Assembly: GCA_002633005.1 (NCBI GenBank) | Contig: NMRA01000762.1 | Location: 96,562-160,561 of the forward strand | Length of the DNA stretch: 64,000 nucleotides | Reading direction: 5' to 3' | Origin: Phoronis australis | Taxonomy: Eukaryota > Animalia > Phoronida | Shown here: positions 12,816 to 26,100 of the stretch, in pieces | Layout of the letters: every line of letters starts with the position of its first letter | How positions within the stretch are numbered: the first letter of the stretch is position 1 | Made by a program: the position numbers and the translations under genes | Notes under the pieces: generated by a model | What the model was told of the DNA's origin: nothing | Seen by the model: the letters and a program-made list of their open reading frames with translations, nothing else | Databases searched by the model: none

Positions 12816-12817
<2 letters not shown>

Positions 12818-12875
<58 letters not shown>

Positions 12876-12900
12876 TGTGAGTGTGCGTGTGCGTGTGCGT
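12818..12900. repeat. (GT)n microsatellite
   Basis: Direct observation. Confidence 0.97.
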
Positions 12901-13594
12901 CATAGGCAAGACCATCATAAGACCAGCGTAATCACGAACATCACCCACAAAGACTTTTATGAATTTTTGAGTCTAGGGAACGCTGCCCTGGTTGCCATCA
13001 CAGGAAACGATATCCCATGCTGTAACTGGTAGCTGAAAATACAGTGCAGGCGAAGGTGCAAAGCCAGAAACACAACATGCACTTAGTCACCACATGACAT
13101 CAAACACGGAAGTTAATCGGATAAGAGCAAATACATGAAAGGGATGAGAATCGGCACAATGTTATAAAAAACAATTAATGTGAACAAGCACCTGCATTCT
13201 TGAATAATTCAGACAGAAATCATTCAAATGTTGACGCACATGAGTCAAACTTCATAGAAATTCACATTTTATGGTAATTTTCAGAAAAAAAAACCCAGTT
13301 TATTCTGTCCAAAGCACTTTGATCAACATTTTGGCCACGCAAATCAAATGCGTCATAAACAATCAGCAGTTAACTTAAAGACATAGTTTCACACCAAAAC
13401 AACTGCTTTTCAACTCAAAGAATAGCATTGCAGGAGCCCGTTACTTGGGCTAGTTACTGTCCGCACAGCGCGATTAAATAGATAAGCCCAGCAGTAATGA
13501 CCTTCTCCGACAGACTAGGCGGTTACATAAGCGTCTGTGATGTCGAGTCCGGAAGACAGCTGTGTTGTAGGAATGAACTCGGCTGGTAAACCGC

Positions 13595-13843
13595 ATGCAG
13601 TCACACAACGCAGGAACCAACATGGATTACGAAAGCTTTAGCGACGAGTCTTCCAGCGACGAGGACATTTTAGAAAATCTTTTGCTTGAGTGTGACGATG
13701 AAGCGTCGGACACAGACGATATGCACAACGACCATCGTGAGCGTGTTCTTGACAACATAAACGGGCCCTACAAGTTCGAACCAGTGCCTGCAAGTGTCCG
13801 GTCGCTTTGGATGAAGAGACAGCGACGGTCCCGAAGACAATGA
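13595..13843 (+). pseudogene. N-terminal fragment of Kolobok accessory (KolX / P2X7-C-terminal-like) protein
   Basis: MDYESFSDESSSDEDILE...NGPYKFEPVP: acidic leader plus PYxFEP motif; frame then degenerates; lies inside the TTAA-bounded element. Confidence 0.45.
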
Positions 13844-14406
13844 CCGCACAACTTCAGACGTTTTATCAGGTTAACAACAACAATGCCGCGAGTTTGAATG
13901 CGAATATGTTTTATTTTCGATTTATTTTCAATACTTGAAGTTAAATAAAAAGCAATTTCAAAATAACGTGACTGGTAGACGGATAAACTGCGATATGCAA
14001 GACTACTTGCCGTTTTGTCCTACGTTTCTTGATTTACGTAGGTGGAAAGCAAGGTGGGATAAGTTTTCTTGTAGGTTATGGATTGCAGTTTGTATTTTAT
14101 AACAAAAGCTTATTTTTTGATTTTATATCCATTTTAAGTAATTACTGAACAGAGAGGGGGGTCGAAACCATTAAAAGTCACCCGCACTCGAATTAATTTA
14201 ATCCCCATAATGTTTATTTAATTGCAAAAATACGTCAGGTAAGTAGCATTCATGCAACTACACACAATTATGTTGCAAAAATCGTAATTCAAAAGAAAAG
14301 CGGCTTCCGACAGTGTCCTTCGATGTTACACGCCATTAGTAATGTTGTTCACTTCTGCAAAGCGACAGCATGTACAGTTTTGAATATTATCTAAAATTTC
14401 ACTTAC

Positions 14407-14636
14407 CTTAATGGTTTCCAACCATACTACGATTGCAGGCTGTCGTCCTCGAAAGAGTCTGCAGAAAAATGTTGACTGCATATCACCGAATACGGCGACG
14501 CTCCACTAAATTTTCTCGTGGACCTCACGAAGTCTTCCCATCTGCGACGCAGTCTGGGGTTAGTGGGAAACCTATGTAGTGACACCCCAGACCCTGACAC
14601 ATTGTTACAGCCTCCAAACACACAACGGTCCGGCAT
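14407..14636 (-). pseudogene. THAP zinc-finger first exon of a transposase, with premature stop
   Basis: MPDRCVFGGCNN...SLHRFP...RRRWEDFV...VICSQHFSADSF is a C2CH THAP signature. TAG at 14427-14429 is followed by YGWKPL and a canonical donor AG|GTAAGT at 14407/14406. No downstream transposase exons seen. Confidence 0.8.
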
Positions 14637-15349
14637 TGTTCTTCAAATTTTTAATCGAGTTGAAGAATAAAAATGTGTTTAATGTCGAAATAACAACAGA
14701 CACTAAGTGATACGTCGTGCGTAGATAGACAGTGCGAAAAACGTGCGGCTGTACTCGAACACTTTATTGAGGACTCATTGCTAATTACTGTGAAATGTTT
14801 ATGGCAACACACAAGACCATGTGCCAATGTGTCACATTTCAGAGAATTAATTGGCAAAAGTTGCATAAGAAACCCATTCTAACAAACAGAAAGCTTCCAT
14901 TTGTGCAAGATAGTCCCAGTACAAACCTATGGACAGACTCGGCAGTGATCGGGTCCGCTTCCGGACGTGACGTGTTTCCGAAGATAGCCGAAGTTGAAAA
15001 TTTTCTGTTCTCGAAATATTGTGGGGAAGTGGGAGCGTGTTTTAAACGAATAATAGAAGAACATGGCGTGTGAAATAAAAATAAATGTGGTTTATAAGCA
15101 ATCTTTATTAACAGTCAGCACATGTGTATACATATTAACTACAACTAAATAGCTGTGAATCAACCTCTTTAAGAAACTTAAAGTTTAAAAAATTCTTCAA
15201 AACATCAAGTACCACTTTCTTTCAAACACAATACCATACTTTTTCCAACTTTTCCTCCTAAACACCCATGTTTGGTTACCACTTCCCAAATTTGTACAGT
15301 TGGTAATTCCTAAATGCCCTTCTAAGAGATTCAAGTCATAGTGGAGCTT

Positions 15350-15740
15350 GCAGGCTAATTCCTTATCTCTGTGATTGCTTGGTCACATTAGTTAGAAAAA
15401 CAACACATAGCAACTTTGTGAATATGCAGTAGGTTGAAAATTGCCAAATGTTTTCTAAAGCAAGTTTTATGGTGAAAATGATACACCGCAAATCACTAAA
15501 CCCTGTCCAGTAAGTATGTGAGGTGGTGTTGGGGAATAACACAGTGCGATGTAGACTGTGTGACCCCCTGAAGTATGTCATTAGTGAAAGGTCTCCTAAT
15601 TGCAGATTTTTTTGTAATCGGTGAAAACAACTGCACTTTATTTAGCATAGATTATGTTAAAACAGCATTGTCCTTTAGTTCCTCCTGTAAAATCGCATAG
15701 TTGGGAGCATCTTTAAAAACTGCTATCAAAAACCAGGCAG
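15350..15740. repeat. Dispersed repeat copy 1 (diverged inverted copy at about 22240-22670)
   Basis: GCTAATTCCTTATCTCTGTGATTGCTTGGTCA...GTAGGTTGAAAATT...CAACTGCACTTTATTTAGCATAGA is the reverse complement of sequence at about 22344-22660. Confidence 0.75.
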
Positions 15741-16644
15741 CTATTGACTAATATGTGACTAAGAAACAATATATCATCCATATTCTGAACATTTCATTTG
15801 ATTTTTACACCTCAAGCAGCGACAAAAATGCAACTATATGGATGTTATCTGAATCTGGCATTTGGCTAAATGGCTTCACGGACCAGTAGGACAATTAATA
15901 TTGATCAAAATAACCTTCTCAAAATTATAACATATGGATTGACACTTACAGTACAAGACAAAAGTAATCAGACAAAAGATCGTTTCCATCATGACGACTA
16001 ATTCCGTAAAAGCAAAAATGACTAAAAATGACTAATATGATAGGAAAATTCTATCTAGCCACTTTACCAACTCTCCTGTCAACTCTCCTTTATTCTTGAC
16101 AATGAATTCGGTTTGCATTCGTCATGATGGAGAATTAAGTCTCATTTATTCTGATTACCTTTTTCCTTTACAATAGGTCATGCAAAGTAAATCTTAGCTA
16201 CAAATGGACAACCAATCATAAACAAAACATGTAATCAAGCAGAAATGCCACTAGAAATCAACATTTTGCAAATATGAAGTCTCCTGGATTAATTAGAAGA
16301 CAAGTCGTAAGTTCATTGACCCCATATTACATACACCAACCATTCGGTCACAAGCAATTATGTGCATTAAGATTCAATCACTTTGTCTTGCGCAATTTTT
16401 TTTAGTGTTTTACACAAACAAATTGTACAAAATTCACAAATTTGTACACCATAATATCTAATATCCCCTTTTACATAACCCCATCTTTTTCTGCTGATTG
16501 ATGTTAAATGACTGTCACCATAGTTGTCATGGTGAAGCTGTATAATGAATTGGCCTCCACAAAGCAAGGTCACTGCTCTTAATCAAACAATAGTGTAAAA
16601 TATAGGTGTAACCGATGCTGGGCTTCAGATCACAAAACAATTTA

Positions 16645-17799
16645 AACAAGAACTAAGTAATGGCATTATTTTTTACAAAGAGTAATGCAAGGTGTTGAAA
16701 TGCACCTACGACTGCACTGCAAATGGCATGCTTCTAGGGGTGTTTATGAATAAAAATAACCACTAAGTGGTGCATCTGCTGTCTCCCTAAAAGAGACCTT
16801 TCTGCCTAATTTCATGAAAATTTGTCTGAAGTAATACTGAATACACTGAGGTAAATGAAAAAAAAAACAGCCGCCAGGGGCACAGCGATACTCAGATCCA
16901 CTCAAGAGTCATTCAAAGAAAAATGCACAAAGATCATACAAGGGAAGAAGAAGTTAAGCTGCAGAAGCCAAAAAAATTCTAAAATTTCCCCTCGACGGCA
17001 CCTCAGAAATCAGACGAATTTTCAAAAATTGAAGTCACCCGCCGTCTTCTTAGCAGGAACACATCTACCAACTTTCATAATGGTACTTCAAGTAGTTTCG
17101 CACAGAGAGGACACAAAAAATTGTAAGTGAAAATGGCCACTAGGTGGCGCAGAGTAGCCCATCCTAAAATGGATATATGGTATGTTGTCATCTCCTTCAA
17201 AGAAGACCATCTGTCTGAAAACATTAGTAGGAAAACACCTGCCAAATTTCACAAAAAGTCGGCATGGGTTAAGGAGATACAGCAGCAGACACAGAAACTT
17301 GCCACTAGGGGACACCACAGTCTAAAAATCAATGTCAGCCATAGTCTTCAAGACAATACCACAGGTGCACTTTGGCTGATAAGAAGCGGGTGCAAAAACT
17401 GGACTCCAAGATAGTGGAAATGGCCACTAGGTGCTGCAGAATGCGTAGAACCCGTCTGACAATTAGAAGATGATGGCTCCTTAACATAATCATATTTGCC
17501 AAATTTCATAAAAAAGCATCCTTAATATAATCATATTTGCAAAATTTCATAAATATCCATCAAGGAACTCTGAAGATACAGAGGTAAACATGAAAAATTA
17601 AATTTCCACAAGGGGGCACAGTGGTATTCGGATTGGTCCAAAACTAGTCATCTGTCATCAGTTTCATAGGAACACAGTAAAATCTCATTGAGAATCTGTA
17701 AGAGGTTTATGAGATACAGCCATTAAATGCTGCACGCTGGACACCCAGACAGATGATGGCAATGTACGCCCACATTATGTATATGTGGGCGTATAAAAA
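16645..17799 (-). mobile_element. Non-autonomous Helentron-associated (HINE/DINE-1-like) element
   Basis: AACAAG at one end; hairpin CGCCCACAT-n7-ATGTGGGCG followed by TATAAAAA at the other; internal degenerate tandem units (AAATGGCCACTAGGTG, GGGGCACAG, AAATTTCAT). Confidence 0.5.
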
Positions 17800-17889
17800 T
17801 TATTTTTTCTTACAACATGAAATAAATAATCAATAATAATGGGTATTTACACTACAATGACTGTACATAACTTCAGTCTGCCGACCCTC

Positions 17890-20095
17890 TCAATATTGCG
17901 TGGCTCTGTAAAAGAGGAAAATCATTAAGTTAATATGTGTTTTCACAATACACAAGACTTCATTACAATTTCCTTGAACACACATCTTCATTCATTGAGA
18001 CAGCTCATTCTCTTATTTTGAAAGTAGTTCAGTGTATCAAGATAACCTTCGAAATCCTTGAATCATTAAACACTAAGATCAAAGGGCTCAATCCACCCTC
18101 AAGCATACTGATCATAATATGGAGACCTGTTAATAGTTAACTTTCCTGAAGTCATTAGGTAGAATTCCCTGTCACGGTGAGGAAACACTCTTGCCTCCTT
18201 ATTTTTGGCATGTTCTATACAACACAAATAGAAAAGCATTGAATGTTTGTCGAGTCATATCAATTTCAGATTAATTGCCAAACACCTTATCGAAAATTTC
18301 AAATATACAAACTATAGAAAAAGGCAAAGAATGCTTGAACACATTCATCTGTCATACCACATAGGGGACATTGTTAAGGCATCGCAATTTGGAAACTGGA
18401 AACATGGTAGGAATTCATGAATTAAGGGGGTTCACCCGTTTGTCAAAAAGCCGTTTTTGTGACATTGACTAATTTTTAAAACATTTGTGTAAGAGACAAT
18501 ATTTAAAATCCACGCATGACTGTCATTACAATGCCAAAATGAGACTAGGACAGCATACCATGGATCTCATCTGACTAAAGCAGCAGCTGGAGTCAATTTT
18601 GTGTAACTAACCGATAATCATTCGAAGAATTTTGGTTTGTTCACATATCTCAACTATGGAAATATGCTTGCACCACTACATTTATTATTTTACAAAAGAA
18701 AACAAGAAATAAGGGACAGAACAATGATCAAGGTACCCATAGTAACGAACCCTGATCAACGGTGAACATTGTTACTTCACAGTGAATTTAACGACAGTCT
18801 TCCTCCATTTCATGTTATTCAATAACACTTATCATTTTAGATAGAAGATATCAACAAAAGCAAGACCATAGATTATATTTGAACAATATACACAATTATA
18901 CATTGAAAAATTGTTTTGACCGACTAATTAGGTGTTGACAATTGGTATGTAAACAATCCCTCATGCTGTTCAAGCCTCGCATCCAGTCAGAGAGAAAAAA
19001 TTAATATTCAAAAGCTTTCTGTGTTGAAGAAAAACGCTAAAATCTGAGTTACTCAAAATCAAGAATAAATGTTTACCGGTAATTATGCAGGCAAAGAAAA
19101 TCAATACACTGGGAAATATAATTCTTAAACCTACTGTAACATAAAACTGATTTCATACAACAAAATTAATTAGTTTCCAAAAAGGTTTCATTTATTCATT
19201 AATTTAATTAGAAGTGCCTTTATAGCAATCCACGTAAATTTCACACTTTTGCAAAGGAAGCCTGTTTCGGACGGCTGTAACAAAAAACCCAGCAACACTC
19301 ACTTTCTACAGCAGATTTGTAATATAAGCCAAAGACACAAAATACAATAAAAATTTTGAAAATATCAATGTCCAATTTAAACCATATCAAACCTACTTAA
19401 AACTATTAATCAGCCAAGATGTTGTGCTTATAACAAGTATCAGGTAATTTATCAAGCTAATGAGCCTAACGCATGTATCACATGACTGGGGTATTAATCT
19501 GTACACAAGTCAAGCACAACAAACATCATCAATTAAAAGTAACATCCCATGATAAGTCCTCATATCCTGCCAGAATTATCTCCCATGTCACAGTTGACAG
19601 CAAGAGAACTTCTAGCCTGAGGATGTAAGTTAGTTTTCACCTTCAAATTTGACACATAATGTAATTTATAAGTTAACTATTTTATACTTGTATTTATATT
19701 CAAATAATAATTTTCTATCTCTCCCCACCAAAGCCTCCAAAGTCTGATTCTCTTCACAGTGAGAATACATTTGGCTCAAAAATGACTCGGTGGATTCCAC
19801 TGAAACTTTCCAATGGTAATATTTATTCATGATCTTAAAATGCTATAAGCATTTTATTTTTAAACACCTAGTTTCCGAGTACTGCACGATACAAAAATGC
19901 CCTCTGTTTTGCGAGTTTATTTGACATTGAAACCGAACTAAGTAGGTAATCAAAAATTCGCATTAGCATTTTTGAGAGAAATTGTGAAGTTTTCGTTTAA
20001 AGATTTCACTAAAATCGACTGAGGGGTTAGTTTGCTATAAAAGTACCTTTCCTAAAATGAAAATTTGACTTAAAAAGGTGATCACATGAAATTCC

Positions 20096-20138
<43 letters not shown>

Positions 20139-23100
20139 TTTGACACACTTTTTTGATAACTGACTTAGAATGGACACTAAATAAGATTTGGCATGATCTT
20201 CAGAAGCTGTCAAATATGGTTTTGCATTTCAAATTTTGAAGATCACCACTCAGAAATGGCATTCGTTAAATGGAAGAATCCCTTTTCACAACACATTGCA
20301 CATGGAAGACACATGTTGCTGACGAAAAGTTCTTAACCTGACCCCTAGACTTGAGGCCCTGTGACTCAATATTCATTTTTCAATACGTCAACAACATGCT
20401 GAAATAGGTCTTGCTGCTAGATGGCGCTAGTGAAGTTGGTGGACAGTGTTCTGCATTCTTATATGGATTTCATGCAGTGGGGGTATTTTCTAGTGCTTTT
20501 ATATCTCTTTGTGACTGTGATACTGTCAAATATCTATTGTTGTGTGATTTAAACAAAAAATCATTATTTGCTCTGAAAAACAGAAAAATAACCATTTAGG
20601 TTATTATTTTTTTGGAACACATGAGAAAAATTTCCATATTACCGGTAACTCTAGATTCGACAACTTCCACTCAAAAAGTTTTCCCAACGTTTTGCGCACA
20701 CAAATTGGACGTAATTTCTGGGATGGGGAAGAAGTGACACATGCTATGTTGCAAATGTTACCATTTGAAAAGATCTGTACCACATAACAAGAACACTAAC
20801 AAACAGCTGCAGCTTTTGTTCTTGAAATATGCACAGCAACTTCTAAGGATTTAGGAAATAACTTGAGGACATGCTGGGGCAATGGGTCTCCTGTACAAAG
20901 CTTCAGACATAGATGGATCTACAGATATCCTACCTGGCAAACGTTGCCATGGAGATGACCCCGAACAGGAGCTGCAAGCCAATGAAAGACAGTTCAATGC
21001 CCCCGAGGATGAGTTCCACCCTGAGCACATACGTCTGCCACAGAATCAAGTAAAGGACGGCGAACACAGAGGCGATGCTGAGACCCAGGCAAATTCCCAC
21101 AGACAGGATACGTTCGGTCAAGTTACCTTTCTGACCTGAAATTAGCAACAGAACATTGAATGCCAAATAAGTGTATAAGAAAGGGTGATGAAAGCATCGT
21201 CATGATAACCCATAAACACACACGTCACCATGACAACCTATAACAGGACCTTATGGTAACCCACTACTACACATGTCACCATGGCAATCCCTAACAGGTC
21301 TTTATAGTAACCCACAAATACGCACCAACACACATCACCAACATGGCCTCCAACGTGACTCAATGTTTGCCTATACACGTCACCGTGGTAGCCTCTCACA
21401 GGACTTTATGGTAACCCACAAATACACAATAACACACATCACCATGACAGCCTCCAATGTTTGCCTATACATGTCACCATGGCAGCCTCTCACAGGACTT
21501 TATAGTAACCCACAAAAACACACTAAACACATAACCATGACGGCCTCCAACAGGACTTAATGTTTGCCTATACATGTCACCGTGGCAGCTTCTAACAAGA
21601 CTTTACGGTAACCCATTAATACATATCACCATGACAGTTTCTGACACAAGTTTATGTTTACCTATTACACATCAGTATACCACCCTCTAACTGGACTTTG
21701 AAGAGTCTGGTGTGGCTGCAACAAATTCTGCTTCAAGACAAAAAACGACTTAAACCAAGACCACTTTACTGTCATAAAGTGTATCTCAAACTATCCCTTA
21801 TACACTAAGATGGCTAGGACACTCTAGACATATTATGAATTTTTGCGATAAACAAACGGCCAAAAATGCCTAGTTGGCTCTGGTATCTTTTATGTAGTTC
21901 TTTGCTCACTAAAGAAAATCTACCCGAGATGAGCAAAATGATGAGGGACTCTTTTACTCATTGCTGGCAAATCATGTCGTTTCAAACCTTGCTTATGTGT
22001 CTTAAGTTTGTGGATCTTCTTAAAAAACACGAGGCCCAAACTGAAATTGATGTGAGCGGACAGTTTTCTTTTTTTAGGCAGCGAGCGCAAGCCTAAAAAA
22101 CAGTCGGGTATATATCAGAACAAACAACGTGTAATTTTTTGGCCTAACCACGACAAGAAATCAATCAAAATCTGAGTAAAGAAAAAAATTGATTTCAGTT
22201 TTCTAACGATAAAGTTCAAATCAAGATTTTTGTGCTAGAGGGCCAGTTCTTAGCAGTTTTGAATGTTTCAATTTGTGTATTTGCATACTCCTAACTATGC
22301 TAATATATAGCAAGAACTAAACAACAATTCTATTTGAACGTCGTCTATGCTAAACAAAGTGCAGTTGTATTCATCGACAACTTGTAAATGTGAAAATAAA
22401 CAATTCTGCAAGTAGGTGACCTTTGCACTAACGACGTACCTTAATGGTTCAGATTACCCGCACCGTGAAGTGTTATTTCCCAGCACCACGTCACGATACT
22501 TACTAGACATGTTTGAGTTATTTACGGCAGATCATTTTCGCTGGTCAAAAACTCGTTCTTAAAAACATTTGGAAATTTTCAACCTACTTCGTATTCACGT
22601 CGTATGTTGTGTTTCTAACAAATTTGACCAAGCAATCACAGAGATAAGGAATTAGCATGCAAGTTGCATATTAAAGTTTTGGGTAGCCTCAGAAAAATGG
22701 CAAAATTTGGCTACCTTTAGAAAATCATATCCCATTTCAGAAATAGCGGAATCAACCTGAATGAAACTTTCAAATACTATGATATATAATGCTCTGTTCG
22801 CCAAAATGCAGTCAGGTATTGTTTTTAAAAATATCCACTTTTACATGTCTCATTGCTAGACATCAAACAAGTATTTTGAGTGGTGCTCATATTTTACATT
22901 TGATCATGAGAGAGGAAGCAAAACTAATTTTAACCAACACCTTTCTCAAAACCTTAAAGTAAGCCTTGAAAAAAAATGCACCAGCTGCTGCTGCTAGACA
23001 ATTTGTGGTTAAAAAAATCTATTATGATCTCTATTCGTGTATACTTTCACAGCCTGCCCCCAGTTGGAGTGTTTATCTGATACCCTAAGGTCGTTAAACA

Positions 23101-26100
23101 CAAAAGGAACATCACTTTCAACAAACCTTGTCTCAAGGAAAACTCGCTGCAGAGATACAAGCAAAATTTGTCACATCAAAAATATTTTGAACTACATTTT
23201 AAGGGTATCCCCTTTAACAGGGTACAATGTAGCTTACCGAAAAACAGCCTGATAGCTTCTATCCCAGCAAAGATAAACATCAGGATGATTTCTGGTGCTA
23301 GTACACCATTGGGGTAGGGGAGGATGATGCCTGGAATACAGAAATAGGAAAAGCATTCACAGTGGGAATAAGGAAGCCATACCTTCATAAACTGTTTCAG
23401 CATACAGTCTACGTACTTGTAATTATAAGTGATATTGGAAAGTTCAGATCTACGGTTTCAAAAACAACAGAGTGCAATATGTGCAACACATTAATGGCTT
23501 CTTGTGCAGAAGTCTCAAATTTCAGTTGATCCTGATCTTAATGTCTGAGCTGAGTTCCGCAGACTCTCGTGGGAAAATCTAGTGTTCACCAAGTACCGTA
23601 CTTCACAAGTAATGCATGGGGAAAACTCATCAAGACCAGCGTCATCTTGCATTTTCATGAGTGTCCTGCATCTGCGAAACAGGCACCTGTTAATGAGCAG
23701 TAAGAGTAAATGTCCTTTCTTAGTAAAAATAAAAACAAGATACAAATTTCAAAAAAGTGGATTTAAATCCCATTGAGTATCCGTGCATTACCTTTATAGA
23801 CAAACATGAGCACCTCAGCAATCCAGTAGAACAGAAAGTACCATCCATTGCAGTAGAGCAGTAGTTGAAATGGTAACGATGACCTCTGGGGTCAAAGGTT
23901 AAGGAAGATGGAGGTTACATCATGTGGAGTCGATGCATGCATTTGTAATGGCTGCTTTACTATGGGAACACGTGAAAATATTGTGGCTACTTTTTGACGA
24001 TATCCGGAAGTTCATAGTCTATTACTTAAGAAATATTATGAACACAAAAATCATCTATTTCCCAATCTTCAGAGACAAAAAAATTCAAATTCAGCTTGAA
24101 GTTCGCCGTCCAGCACTTTAGAGACTGTTCCAAACTGGATCACTTTTACTGCATGCATTATCACCAACACAGTGCTATGAACTTGCATTTTGTCAAAACG
24201 TTTTACTTTTGCAACTTAATTTACTGGTATACCATTAATGACAAATGTTATAAAAACCAAGTTGGCTTGACACAGTGAGTCACTAAATGTAGCCTACAAA
24301 ATCACTCCTACTCTGAGTGAGGAAAATCCGAGCCCAATTTCTAACTGTAACCTGTTAAGTTAATCTTTCTGACAGACCGTGAGTTGACAGTAGATATGCC
24401 TGAAGACTAGATTAACAGCTTTTTATGGTCAAAAGGATACAATAATCTGCAGCTTCCCTGCAATAGAAATACACAGAGAATGTCAGATAGACGGACTTCA
24501 ACATGAGAAATTAACATCTTGTACTTCTTACAGGCAATGCTTTGAACAATTCAGAGGAATGTTGTAAATGTCCTGTTAAGGTGTGACATACAGTTGAACA
24601 AAGTCAAAGGCCTTTTTAATTTGCTTCTTAAAAAGCAATTACCAACTAGTTAAACACTTTGGATGCTTGCATCGCAGGTCAGTCGTGGGCACGAGTTTTT
24701 TCCACAATCGCACTGCTGCCAATTCCGGCATTAACTCAAGCTACGAATACTAATGAGTTCCAAGAATTCCTTGCCGAAATCGCCAAATAAGGTTACCGGT
24801 ACTCTTGGCTACTGCCGGAGTTCTCTGAATGTCGACGAAGAATACCTGGAACCCAACAACACTGCATCTGTGATTGCTGCTAGTAGCCCTACTACCTGTG
24901 CAATGCCAGTACTGGCTGTCTTTCATTCTTGTCTAGGGACATCACAATACCCATCCGAGACTGCTAACTGGCTCTCACATAACAACGATCATCGATTTCT
25001 AAGGCATTGTTTTAACCCTCTTAACAATTTTATTTGCTCTCCATGTAACAAAGAGATCTAGCATTTACAAAACGTCTGATGATGTAGAACATAAAGTCCA
25101 CTGTGCTTGCATCACCAATTTTGGTATTTACATGCTTTCCATGAAGAAGAAATTGACATGTCAAAATTTTGCTGAAGCTTGCCATTTGCCAATTTATTTG
25201 GTAATTAATGTTGCACAACATAAGTATGAGTACCAAGTAATGTTGCATTTTTGGAACTGCCTGTCGGTATTCAAGAAAATTTACGAAGGAGAACACGGTT
25301 TTTAGAACCGCAATTATGTCAGCCTCTTTATGGCTTTGCTTGTACTGTATGAATACTTCGGAAGTTTTTGGCATTTTGATTTTAGTCTATTGCAAGCAAT
25401 ATGTAGAAACACCTTTTCTAGTCTTGTCGAAGTCTTAGCCCTCTGGCGGTCATGTTTACAAAACAAAAAGTCTAATGTTGTCTCTAATATTTGGTGTACA
25501 AACATGATTTTAGTGTTTATTGAGTCCTCTCCCAGAGATTAGTGTCATTAAAAAATACACTGAGTCTCTTCCTTGAGTAAACTAAATTATTTACCAGTGT
25601 TCTACCGCTATTCTGCTGCTAAAATTGTGGTGCCATCTTTTGCGTTGACTTATGGCGCTATGAAATAATGAGTACCTATTAGCCAGTTTCTTTTTTCTCC
25701 GATTCTTCTTTCACGTATTCTTTTCTTCTACGAGGTTATGTACATGTCACAAGAAAATACCGGAAATACTCTCATTCTGTTACAAGTTTTTAGTAATTTA
25801 ATAGCAACAAACCAAATTTCAGAACAAATTTTGCTGCTGTGATGTCGCAAAATATAAGAAAATGGCGTGTGCGCATATCACAACCGAAAAACGACAGACT
25901 TTTCTTTGTTACAAAAGGCGAAGAATTGTGCAAAAAAATGACGTTTAATACATTGTTTTTCACTTAAACAGCTGCAATGTTGGGCAAGGTTAGTGTACGT
26001 TGATACTCCCAGATTTTGCATGCATCAAAGCCAATCGTTAGCTCTACATGTTGATATAAGTTTCAAGACGAGGTGACCAGCAGAACTACCTACGCTGTGT

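Larger units (their letters stand above)
13379..15168. mobile_element. Internally deleted Kolobok-like DNA transposon with TTAA target duplication
   Basis: TTAA (13375-13378)|AGACATAGTTTCAC ... GTGAATCAACCTCT|TTAA (15169-15172), imperfect TIR 10/14. Contains convergent 5' fragments of an acidic PYKFEP ORF (+) and a THAP ORF (-), the layout of Kolobok accessory gene and transposase. Confidence 0.65.

Noticed and set aside
12656-13032. Poly-CV / poly-TH ORFs
   Set aside because: Translations of the (GT)n microsatellite.
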